Assembly (NCBI GenBank): GCA_030654075.1
Contig: JAURYB010000078.1
Span: 12,918 to 76,917 of the forward strand
Length of the DNA: 64,000 nt
Direction of reading: 5' to 3'
DNA from: Bacteroidales bacterium
Lineage (GTDB): Bacteria; Bacteroidota; Bacteroidia; Bacteroidales; UBA4417
The notes under the pieces are model-generated. The model did not search any database. It was not told the origin of the DNA and worked only from the letters and a program-made list of their open reading frames with translations. Below, piece by piece: positions 31,018 through 40,103 of this stretch; positions within the stretch are counted from its first letter, which is position 1; every line of letters begins with the position of its first letter. A program made the position numbers and the translations under genes.

Positions 31018-32472
31018 ATGAAAACATTAGCAGACATCGGATTGGTTGGACTTGCCGTAATGGGAGAGAACCTGGTATTGAATATGGAAAGCAAAGGCTT
31101 TACCGTGGCCGTTTTTAACCGCACAACCGACAAAGTGGATCACTTTATAAACGGACGGGGCAAAGGCAAAAATATTATTGGAACTCACTCCATCGAAGAA
31201 TTGGCTAAAAACCTGGAACGCCCCCGGAAAGTAATGTTAATGGTTAAAGCAGGCAAGGCTGTGGATGATTTCATCGAGTTGCTCTTACCATATTTAGAAC
31301 CAGGTGATATCATTATTGATGGTGGCAATACGCTTTTTACCGATACAGATCGCCGTACTAAATATGTTGAAAGTAAAGGACTTCTGTATATAGGAACCGG
31401 TGTTTCGGGTGGAGAAGAAGGAGCTTTGCTTGGCCCTTCAATTATGCCCGGAGGTTCAAAGGCTGCATGGCCTTTTGTAAAGCCAATTTTCCAGGCTATC
31501 TCTGCCAAAGTTGATAATGGAACACCTTGTTGTGACTGGGTTGGTGAGAACGGCGCCGGCCATTTTGTTAAAATGGTGCACAACGGTATTGAATACGGCG
31601 ATATGCAGCTGATTTGTGAGGCTTACCAGATTATGCGCGATCTGCTGGGAATGTCGGCCGATGAAATGCATACTGTTTTTACAGAATGGAACGAAACTGA
31701 ACTCGATAGTTACCTGATTGAAATAACCCGCGATATACTTGCAGTTAAAGATACAGATGGACAGCCGCTTATTGATAAAATTGTGGATACAGCCGGACAA
31801 AAAGGAACCGGCAAATGGACAGCCGTTACTGCTCTTGATTTAGGCATTCCGCTTACACTGATTGGTGAAGCTGTATTTTCACGCTGCTTATCGGCTATCA
31901 AGGATGAACGTGTTGCTGCTTCGAAAATTCTGTCAGGGCCGAAACCATCGTTTTCAGGCGATAAGGTTCAATTTATCGGGTATCTGAAACAGGCAGTGTA
32001 TGCTTCCAAAATAATATCGTACGCCCAGGGTTACAGCCTTATGCGCGCTGCTGCCGAAGAGAATAAATGGGATTTGAATTATGGCGGCATAGCCCTGATG
32101 TGGCGCGGCGGTTGTATTATCCGTTCCGTATTCCTCAACAAAATTAAGGATGCTTTCGATCTTAATCACGAATTAGCAAACCTCCTGCTCGATCCTTTCT
32201 TCACCGCAACCATTGAGAAATCGCAGAACGGCTGGCGCCAGGTGGTAGCTACCGCCCAGCTTAATGGAATTCCAATACCTACATTATCCACTGCCCTGAA
32301 CTATTACGACGGGTACCGGGCGGAATTCCTGCCTGCAAACCTGTTACAGGCGCAACGCGACTATTTCGGCGCACATACCTACGAACGATTCGACCAGCCC
32401 CGCGGAAAATTCTTCCACACCAACTGGACCGGGCGTGGAGGTGATACTTCGTCATCAACGTATAATGTGTAA
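31018..32472 (+). CDS. gnd: NADP-dependent 6-phosphogluconate dehydrogenase (decarboxylating)
   Basis: GLAVMG, NRT, GVSGGEEGA, KMVHNGIEYGDMQ, QKGTGKW, QAQRDYFGAH. Confidence 0.97.
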   Translation: MKTLADIGLVGLAVMGENLVLNMESKGFTVAVFNRTTDKVDHFINGRGKGKNIIGTHSIEELAKNLERPRKVMLMVKAGKAVDDFIELLLPYLEPGDIIIDGGNTLFTDTDRRTKYVESKGLLYIGTGVSGGEEGALLGPSIMPGGSKAAWPFVKPIFQAISAKVDNGTPCCDWVGENGAGHFVKMVHNGIEYGDMQLICEAYQIMRDLLGMSADEMHTVFTEWNETELDSYLIEITRDILAVKDTDGQPLIDKIVDTAGQKGTGKWTAVTALDLGIPLTLIGEAVFSRCLSAIKDERVAASKILSGPKPSFSGDKVQFIGYLKQAVYASKIISYAQGYSLMRAAAEENKWDLNYGGIALMWRGGCIIRSVFLNKIKDAFDLNHELANLLLDPFFTATIEKSQNGWRQVVATAQLNGIPIPTLSTALNYYDGYRAEFLPANLLQAQRDYFGAHTYERFDQPRGKFFHTNWTGRGGDTSSSTYNV

Positions 32473-32542
32473 GCTTTGATAAGCCAGGCTGCCTGATCAA
32501 AGAGTTTTTATAATCAACCGGATATTTAATTTTCAGCGTTTT

Positions 32543-35500
32543 ATGAAAAAAATAATTGTTGTTGCCGTATTGGTGTTTTTGTTTCTGAATGATTTTGCTC
32601 AGAATCCAAATTCAGTCCAATCCTTTACCACTATTGCCAACGATGGAGCCTGGTGTTGGTTTTCAGATCCCAGGGCGGTTTCCTTTAAAGGAAATTCGGA
32701 TCGTACGTATGTGGGATGGATTTCGAGCCAGGGTGATGTGACTATAGCTGCTTATGATAATGTGACAGGGATAACGGAACAGAAAATCGTAAAGGCAGGA
32801 TTTGAAAAGGACGATCATAACAATCCATCCATTCTTATCCGGCCTGATGGCAAAATACTCGTTTTCTATTCTGAACATGGAGGTAAAATGTTCCTGGTAA
32901 CATCAAGGAATCCCGAAGATATATCATCATGGGAAAAAGAACATGAATTGAAAGAATTCGGAAGCAACGTATGTTACTCAAATCCGGTGCAGCTAACCTC
33001 CGAGAACAACCGTATCTATTTATTCTGGCGCGGAAGCGACTGGCAACCGGCTTTTTCGTATTCTGATGATGCCGGTTTTACATGGGCAGAGGCTAAGGCA
33101 TATATTAAAACGCCAAAAAGTGATGGCAGCCAGCGGCCTTATGTAAAAGTAAGCTCTGATGGAATAAAGCGTATTGATTTTGCATTCACGGATGGCCATC
33201 CCCGCAACGAAGCCGAAAATTCCATCTATCATATGTATTATGAAAATGGGAATATCTATCAAACCAACGGCAAACCGGTTTGTAGAATAAATGAACTCCC
33301 GGTAAGTATTTCGCATATAAATAAATTGTACGACGGAACAATTTCTAAAGTAAGGGCGTGGATATGGGACATTGCAACAGATGAAAAAAGCCGACCTGTA
33401 ATTGTCTATACACAACTACCCGGCGAAACGGACCATCGCTATCACTATGCCCGTTGGAATGGTAAAAAATGGCTGGATGTTGAAATAACACAAGCCGGAA
33501 AGTGGTTTCCCGAAACGCCTGAGAATACTGTTGAACGCGAACCCCATTATTCCGGAGGTATTGTTTTGGACCACACCAATCCATCAGTTGTTTATCTTTC
33601 AAAACCTGTAAATTCAGTTTTCGAAATTGAAAAATGGACAACACCTGATCAGGGTAAAAAATGGAACACACAGGCTTTCACACAAAATTCATCAACCAAT
33701 AATATTCGCCCCTTTGTAGTCCGGAATTATTCTGCCAATGGACCTAAAGTACTTTGGATGAATGTATTCGATCATTATGCCCATTATACTGATTTTCTGA
33801 CGAGTATAAAATGTGATTTGCCTGTAAAAGCAGTATTGGGGAATCCTGCAGACGTTTTAAGCATTATGAGACGGGTAGCTGACTGGCAGTTGCAAAATCC
33901 ACGTCACGAAACCTGGGACTGGACCAATGGCGCTCTGTATACCGGAATAATGGCCGTGGGACGTGTTGCCAATGATGAAAAATATTATAAGGAAATGATA
34001 AAAGTTGGTGACAATAATCACTGGAAAGAAGGCCCACGCCGGTATTTTGCTGATGATTATTGCGTTGGTCAGATGTATGCTGAATTATTTAATGTTTACC
34101 AAAGGCCTTATATGATTGAAGGAATGAAAAACCTGGGTGACAGTATTATTGCCAGACCTCATACCGAAAGTCTTGAATTTGTAAATGATATTGTTTTAAG
34201 GGAATGGGCCTGGTGCGATGCTTTATTTATGGGGCCAACCACCTTATCCGCCATTTATAAAAGTACGGGAGAAATAAAATTCCTAGATATCGCCAATAAG
34301 CTTTGGTGGAAGACTACTGATTATCTGTATGATAAAGATGAGAAACTTTACTACAGGGATAGCCGTTTCTTTGATAGAAGGGAAGCCAATGGCAAAAAAG
34401 TGTTCTGGAGCAGGGGCAATGGCTGGGTTTTCGGTGGTCTGGCGAGGGTCATTAGTACTATGCCTGAAAACTATCCTGACCGCTCCCGTTATTTGAACTT
34501 ATTTAATGAAATGGCCGAAAAACTGGCTTCCATTCAATGTAATGATGGCACCTGGCATGCCAGCCTTCTGGATCCCGATAAATTTCCGGCTAAAGAAACC
34601 AGTGGTACAGCATTTTATTGCTATGGTCTGGCATGGGGAATAAACCAGGGAATCCTGGACAAAGGCAAATATCTGCCGGTTGTACTAAAAGCCTGGAGCG
34701 CCCTAACGGAATCAGTTCATTCAAACGGCAAGTTGGGTTATGTTCAGCAGATAAGCGACAGACCTGAAAATCCAAAGTATGATGACTCTGAGGTTTATGC
34801 AGTAGGTGCTTTCCTGTTAGCAGGCGAGCAGCTGATTAAAATGGCTCATGTGCAAACTAAAGGTGAAATTGAAATCAAGAATACACTCGGAATTTGGAGA
34901 AAAGATGAAGTAATTGAATTGGATTGGGCGACACTGATTCAAAACGATGCTTCTTTGGAATCTGTTCCGCTTATCGTGAAGAACAAATTGACTGGCATGC
35001 AATTGCCATATCAAATCGTAAAAGATGAAACTGGGAAACCGGTAAAACTTTTGGTTCAATCTTCCATTGCACCCGGAACCACCATTTATATTAATATCAA
35101 AAAGGGAACTCCGGAAAAGTTCAAAACCAAAACGTTCGGACGGTTTGTGCCCGAAAGAAAAGATGATTTTGCCTGGGAAAACGATAAAATTGCTTTCCGA
35201 ATGTACGGCCCGGCATTGCAGTCTACGGGTGAAATCAGCAGTGGAATTGATGTCTGGCTGAAGCGTACTTCCGAAGTGATTATTGACAAATGGTACAAGT
35301 CGGATGATTACCATGTGGATCATGGCGAGGGTTTGGATAGCTATAAAGTTGGTCCTACATTGGGAGCCGGTGGTATTGCTCCTTTTGCCAACGGGAAACT
35401 TTATTATTCAAAAAACTGGACAACCTATAAAGTTTTAACAACCGGAAATCTGCAAACCGTTTTCGAACTTACGTATAGCCCATGGCTTTTTAACGGGAAA

Positions 35501-35923
35501 GAAATATCCGAAACCAAACGAATCACTTTAAATGCCGGGTCACAACTAAACCAGATGGATGTTACTTATAATGCAAAAGATATGGATACCATTCCTGTGG
35601 CAACAGGGATTATAAAAAGAGCTGAAAAAGGAGTTGTGACCATGAATGAGATTTCCGGATATATTTCTTACTGGGAACCTGCAAGTAAAAAAGATGGAAT
35701 AACCGGAATTGGTTTGGTGGTGCCCGGAAACACAGGTATGTCAGTAGTCGAAAATCATATCGCAGCTTTCTCTTACGCTTTGAATAAGAAGTCATTCAGG
35801 TATTACCAGGGAGCTTGCTGGGACAAAGCCGGTGAAATTGTGAATGCACAGGAATGGGAAAATCATCTGAATGAGTTTTCAATGAAATTGAAGAATCCGT
35901 TACAAATAAGTATAAACCAGTAA
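32543..35923 (+). CDS. Three-domain secreted enzyme: BNR-repeat beta-propeller + GH105 + DUF4861
   Basis: N-domain DGAWCWFSDPRA, DDHNNPS, RPYVK; middle WDWTNGALY, WCDALFM, FWSRGNGW, ETSGTA; C-domain FVPERKDDFAWENDKIAFRMYG. Confidence 0.85.
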   Translation: MKKIIVVAVLVFLFLNDFAQNPNSVQSFTTIANDGAWCWFSDPRAVSFKGNSDRTYVGWISSQGDVTIAAYDNVTGITEQKIVKAGFEKDDHNNPSILIRPDGKILVFYSEHGGKMFLVTSRNPEDISSWEKEHELKEFGSNVCYSNPVQLTSENNRIYLFWRGSDWQPAFSYSDDAGFTWAEAKAYIKTPKSDGSQRPYVKVSSDGIKRIDFAFTDGHPRNEAENSIYHMYYENGNIYQTNGKPVCRINELPVSISHINKLYDGTISKVRAWIWDIATDEKSRPVIVYTQLPGETDHRYHYARWNGKKWLDVEITQAGKWFPETPENTVEREPHYSGGIVLDHTNPSVVYLSKPVNSVFEIEKWTTPDQGKKWNTQAFTQNSSTNNIRPFVVRNYSANGPKVLWMNVFDHYAHYTDFLTSIKCDLPVKAVLGNPADVLSIMRRVADWQLQNPRHETWDWTNGALYTGIMAVGRVANDEKYYKEMIKVGDNNHWKEGPRRYFADDYCVGQMYAELFNVYQRPYMIEGMKNLGDSIIARPHTESLEFVNDIVLREWAWCDALFMGPTTLSAIYKSTGEIKFLDIANKLWWKTTDYLYDKDEKLYYRDSRFFDRREANGKKVFWSRGNGWVFGGLARVISTMPENYPDRSRYLNLFNEMAEKLASIQCNDGTWHASLLDPDKFPAKETSGTAFYCYGLAWGINQGILDKGKYLPVVLKAWSALTESVHSNGKLGYVQQISDRPENPKYDDSEVYAVGAFLLAGEQLIKMAHVQTKGEIEIKNTLGIWRKDEVIELDWATLIQNDASLESVPLIVKNKLTGMQLPYQIVKDETGKPVKLLVQSSIAPGTTIYINIKKGTPEKFKTKTFGRFVPERKDDFAWENDKIAFRMYGPALQSTGEISSGIDVWLKRTSEVIIDKWYKSDDYHVDHGEGLDSYKVGPTLGAGGIAPFANGKLYYSKNWTTYKVLTTGNLQTVFELTYSPWLFNGKEISETKRITLNAGSQLNQMDVTYNAKDMDTIPVATGIIKRAEKGVVTMNEISGYISYWEPASKKDGITGIGLVVPGNTGMSVVENHIAAFSYALNKKSFRYYQGACWDKAGEIVNAQEWENHLNEFSMKLKNPLQISINQ

Positions 35924-35971
35924 GTTTAAATAGCATTAATACTATTATTATTCACTTGTAAAGAGAAACAT

Positions 35972-37333
35972 ATGAAAAAAAATCTGCTTATTTACTTGTT
36001 CGTTTTGTTATTCCTTCCTGCTTTTTCGCAAACAGAAAAAGGGTGGATGGATTTATTTAACAAAAAAAATCTCGATGGCTGGATACAAAAGGGGGGAGCC
36101 GCAAAGTACACCGTTGTAGATGGCGCAATAGTTGGCGAAACAGTTCCGGATTCTCCGAATTCATTCCTTTGCACAGAAAAAGAATACGGTGATTTTATCC
36201 TCGAATTGGAATTGCTGGTCGATACTTCGATGAATTCCGGCATACAATTCCGGAGCTTAAGCAAACCGGAGTACCGGAATGGCGTTGTTCATGGTTACCA
36301 GGTGGAAATAGATCCCTCCAAGCGCGCCTGGAGCGGTGGTATTTACGACGAACAGGTGCGGGGATGGCTGTATTCGCTGGAAATAAATCCGGAAGCAAAA
36401 CCTGCGTTTAAAAACGGGCAATGGAACAAATACCGCATCGAGGCCATCGGAAATACTATTAAAACCTGGGTGAATGATATTCCGACGGCTGATATTATTG
36501 ATAATGCAAGGGCAACGGGTTTTATTGCTCTGCAGGTTCATGCTATCAATGCCAAAGAAAAACCCTGGACGTTGGGCACCCAGGTTAAGTGGAAAAACAT
36601 CCGGATAATGACCCAGGATTTAGCCAAAAACCGGAAAAAGACAACAAAAGAAATTGTGCAGCTTAATTTTATTCCCAATACCATCTCGGATTATGAAAAA
36701 AAAAACGGCTGGAATCTCCTGTTTGATGGTGCATCAACAAAAGGATGGAGAGGCGTTTACAAGGGAAAATTTCCTGAAAAAGGCTGGGAGGTAAAAGAGG
36801 GGGAACTTATTGTACAAGCCTCTGCCGGCGCCGAATCAACCAATGGCGGCGATATCGTAACTATTGAGGAGTTTGCAGATTTTGAGCTGATTGCCGATTT
36901 TAAAATTACGGAAGGTGCAAACAGTGGCATAAAATATTATGTTACTGAAAAAGAGAACAATAAAGGGTCCGCTATTGGACTCGAATACCAGATTTTAGAC
37001 GATAAGAACCATCCTGATGCAAAATTAGGACGTGATGGAAACCGGACAGTTTCATCGCTTTACGATTTAATTACTGCCGGAAATAAAAGAGTGAATCCAA
37101 TCGGAGAATGGAACACGGCCCGTATCGTTTCTAAAAATAAGCATGTCGAACATTGGTTAAATGGCATGAAAGTGCTGGAATACGAACGGGGAAGCAAGGA
37201 ATTCCGCGACTTGGTGGCTGCAAGCAAATACAAGGACTGGCCGGATTTCGGCGAAGCGCCTAAAGGACGAATTCTGTTGCAGGATCATGGCAATAAAGTG
37301 TCTTTCAGAAGTATAAAAATCAGGAAATTGTAA
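35972..37333 (+). CDS. Tandem DUF1080 (3-keto-glycoside hydrolase/hydratase family) protein
   Basis: Two copies of the LF.G....GW / NSGI / YQ / WN..RI / G.I.LQ.H / F.NI.I pattern; signal peptide. Confidence 0.88.
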   Translation: MKKNLLIYLFVLLFLPAFSQTEKGWMDLFNKKNLDGWIQKGGAAKYTVVDGAIVGETVPDSPNSFLCTEKEYGDFILELELLVDTSMNSGIQFRSLSKPEYRNGVVHGYQVEIDPSKRAWSGGIYDEQVRGWLYSLEINPEAKPAFKNGQWNKYRIEAIGNTIKTWVNDIPTADIIDNARATGFIALQVHAINAKEKPWTLGTQVKWKNIRIMTQDLAKNRKKTTKEIVQLNFIPNTISDYEKKNGWNLLFDGASTKGWRGVYKGKFPEKGWEVKEGELIVQASAGAESTNGGDIVTIEEFADFELIADFKITEGANSGIKYYVTEKENNKGSAIGLEYQILDDKNHPDAKLGRDGNRTVSSLYDLITAGNKRVNPIGEWNTARIVSKNKHVEHWLNGMKVLEYERGSKEFRDLVAASKYKDWPDFGEAPKGRILLQDHGNKVSFRSIKIRKL

Positions 37334-37440
37334 ATATTCTTGTCTAACGATCTTGTGTAGAGAAAAGCATTTTATAGCAAAATGTTTCCCGTTTCTAAGT
37401 GGCTAAACTTTTATCGTTTTACAAACTAATTCATTACAAA

Positions 37441-38793
37441 ATGGAAAATTCAAGAAGAGATTTTATAAAAACAGTTGGAATTGGTTCAATAGGTCTTGCG
37501 ATTAGTGAAACAGTTTTGGGTTCGCCACTTTTCGGGAATCCAAACGGAGCCAATGATAAAATAAGAGTTGGTTTGATAGGTTTTTCGAACCGTGCCAAGG
37601 ATACACTCATACCTGCTTTTATGAGTGTTGCCGATGAGTTAAATTTCGAAATTGTAGCTGTTTCTGATTTATGGAGCCGCCGTCGGGAAGAAGCTGCTGC
37701 GTATTTTGAGAAAAATTATCAGAAAAAAATCATAACAACCCGCAACAACGAAGAGCTTTATGCGAAAAACATAGTAGACGCTGTAATTATCAGCACACCC
37801 GACTTTTCGCATGCGCTTCACACAATCGAAGCAATTAAAGCGGGCTGTGACGCTTATGTTGAAAAGCCATTTGCAGAAACCATGGAAGATGCCCGCCTGG
37901 TACTTGCAGCTGCTGAAAATTCAGGACGAATAATACAGATTGGCTCGCAACGCCGAAGCGGTAACAATTATATCGCTGCCAACGAATATATTAAATCAGG
38001 TAAGTTCGGTAAAATAACCATGGTCGAAATGTCGTGGAATGTCAATCAGCCCGGCCGATGGAGACTTCCTCAACTGATAAAGGATATTAAAAAAGAGGAT
38101 GTAGATTGGGATCGTTTTCTGATGAACCGCCCCAGGGTAGATTGGGATCCGCGTATTTACTGCGAATACCGCCTTTTCTGGCCATTCTCATCAGGTATTC
38201 CCGGTCAGTGGATGTCGCACCAGATCGATACCGTGCATTGGTTTACCGGTCTCTCCTATCCTAAAAGCGTAGTGGCCAACGGAGGTATTTACATGTGGAA
38301 CGACGGACGAAAAAATGCAGACACCATGACTGCGGTTTTTGAATATGGCAAAAAGAATGATCCATCGCAGGATTTCCAGGTAGTTTATACATCGCGGATG
38401 CATAATTCAGCAGGAGGTACACGGGAATTGTATTATTCCAATGGCGGAATGCTCAACCTCGATACCAATAAAATAACACCGGAAGGTGGCCTCAATAAAA
38501 ATATGGCTGATGCAATGGGAATGCAACCTTTCCTTTTACCGGAATTTGACTTGCCCTCGGTGAAAACGGTTACTGCGGCAAATACATCGGCCGATCCGAT
38601 GTCGGCAGCGCATGTCAGGAACTGGATGGAATGCATACGCAGCCGCAAAACACCGAATGCGCCTGTCGAAGCCGGGTATAATCATTCCATTGCTAACATT
38701 ATGACCACTGCCGCGCTTCATACCGGGCTTAAAGTAACTTTCGATGAAAATAAACAGGAAGTAATGGCTGGTGATAAGGTTTTTAAATACTAA
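37441..38793 (+). CDS. Tat-exported Gfo/Idh/MocA oxidoreductase
   Basis: SRRDFIK twin-arginine signal (ATG 37441), ISTPDFSH, YVEKP, QIGSQRRS, WMSHQID. Confidence 0.9.
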   Translation: MENSRRDFIKTVGIGSIGLAISETVLGSPLFGNPNGANDKIRVGLIGFSNRAKDTLIPAFMSVADELNFEIVAVSDLWSRRREEAAAYFEKNYQKKIITTRNNEELYAKNIVDAVIISTPDFSHALHTIEAIKAGCDAYVEKPFAETMEDARLVLAAAENSGRIIQIGSQRRSGNNYIAANEYIKSGKFGKITMVEMSWNVNQPGRWRLPQLIKDIKKEDVDWDRFLMNRPRVDWDPRIYCEYRLFWPFSSGIPGQWMSHQIDTVHWFTGLSYPKSVVANGGIYMWNDGRKNADTMTAVFEYGKKNDPSQDFQVVYTSRMHNSAGGTRELYYSNGGMLNLDTNKITPEGGLNKNMADAMGMQPFLLPEFDLPSVKTVTAANTSADPMSAAHVRNWMECIRSRKTPNAPVEAGYNHSIANIMTTAALHTGLKVTFDENKQEVMAGDKVFKY

Positions 38794-38816
38794 TCAGTTG
38801 AACTATTTCTATTACG

Positions 38817-39851
38817 ATGAAGAAAATTGTAACATTCGGAGAAATCATGCTGCGGTTGGCAACACCAGGCTACCAGCGCTTTTCGCAGGCAACAAGCCTG
38901 CAGGCAACTTTTGGAGGAGGCGAAGCCAATGTAGCCGTATCGCTTGCCAATTATGGTTTAAAGGCTGAGTTTATAAGCCGTTTGCCCAAAAACGATATAG
39001 CTCAGGCTTGCATCATGGATTTACACAAGCACGGTGTGAGTACTGAAAACATGGAATTTGGCGGAGAACGCATTGGTATCTATTTCCTCGAAACCGGCGC
39101 AGTTGCACGTCCAAGTAAAGTGGTATACGACCGGGCTAATTCAGCTATTTCCGAAATTAAACCCGGGATGGTAAACTGGGAAAGAGTGTTTGAAAATACA
39201 CAATGGTTTCACTGGACAGGTATAACACCCGCTTTATCGCAGAGCGCCGCTGATACGGTAAAAGAAGCAATAGAAGTTGCGAACCGCCTGGGAATTACCG
39301 TTTCAACAGATTTGAATTTTCGTAAAAATCTATGGAAATATGGTAAAACAGCCTCCGAAGTTATGCCTGGTCTTGTTTCCGGTTGCGATATTATTCTGGG
39401 TAATGAAGAGGATGCCGATATGGTGTTTGGAATAAAACCTGAAGGCGTAAATGTTACAAGCGGGCATGTTGATGCTGCTGCTTATCAATCTGTCTGTGAG
39501 CAGATGATGGCGCGCTTCCCCAGGGCAAAAAAGGTAATTGTAACCTTGCGTGGTTCAATCAATGCCAATCACAATACCTGGTCGGGAGTGTTATGGGACG
39601 GAATAAAACTTATGAAAGCTCCTGATTATGATATTACTCACATTGTTGATCGCGTTGGCGGAGGTGACAGTTTTATGGGCGGCTTGATTTATGGCTTGAT
39701 TTCATACCCCGGCGACGATCAGAAAGCTTTAAACTTTGCGGTTGCCGCATCTTGTCTGAAACACACCATTTATGGCGATTTTAACCTGGTAACAGTTGCT
39801 GAAGTGGAAAACCTGATGAAAGGTGATGGGTCGGGACGGGTTTCGCGTTAA
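38817..39851 (+). CDS. kdgK: 2-dehydro-3-deoxygluconokinase
   Basis: VTFGEIMLRL, FGGGEANVA, YDRANSA, GITPAL, DLNFRKNLW, DRVGGGDSF. Confidence 0.92.
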   Translation: MKKIVTFGEIMLRLATPGYQRFSQATSLQATFGGGEANVAVSLANYGLKAEFISRLPKNDIAQACIMDLHKHGVSTENMEFGGERIGIYFLETGAVARPSKVVYDRANSAISEIKPGMVNWERVFENTQWFHWTGITPALSQSAADTVKEAIEVANRLGITVSTDLNFRKNLWKYGKTASEVMPGLVSGCDIILGNEEDADMVFGIKPEGVNVTSGHVDAAAYQSVCEQMMARFPRAKKVIVTLRGSINANHNTWSGVLWDGIKLMKAPDYDITHIVDRVGGGDSFMGGLIYGLISYPGDDQKALNFAVAASCLKHTIYGDFNLVTVAEVENLMKGDGSGRVSR

Positions 39852-39940
39852 AACTTTCACAAAAGGTCAGTGCTGCCTGTTTAGTACAACCTTTTTGATT
39901 CATTTTTAGCCTCTTCAAAACGAAAGTATTTTGAAAAAAA

Positions 39941-40085
39941 AGAGGCTGTATTAAAAGTCATTTTACCGCAGAGTTGTGCAAAGATTGCGCAGAGTTATTA
40001 TCTTGTAAATTAATGCTTGGCGTTTCTTTGCGTTTTCCTTCAGCGGTTCTCTGAGGTATAATTTACTCCTTTTGATACAGTCTCT
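39941..40085. repeat. MITE-like element: 17-bp terminal inverted repeats around inverted CGCAGAG-type arrays
   Basis: AGAGGCTGTATTAAAAG / CTTTTGATACAGTCTCT (15/17 match); inside, ACCGCAGAG..TGCAAAG..CGCAGAG faces CTTGGCG..CTTTGCG..CTCTGAGGT. Confidence 0.7.
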
Positions 40086-40103
40086 TTCAAAACGGATAGT
40101 TAC

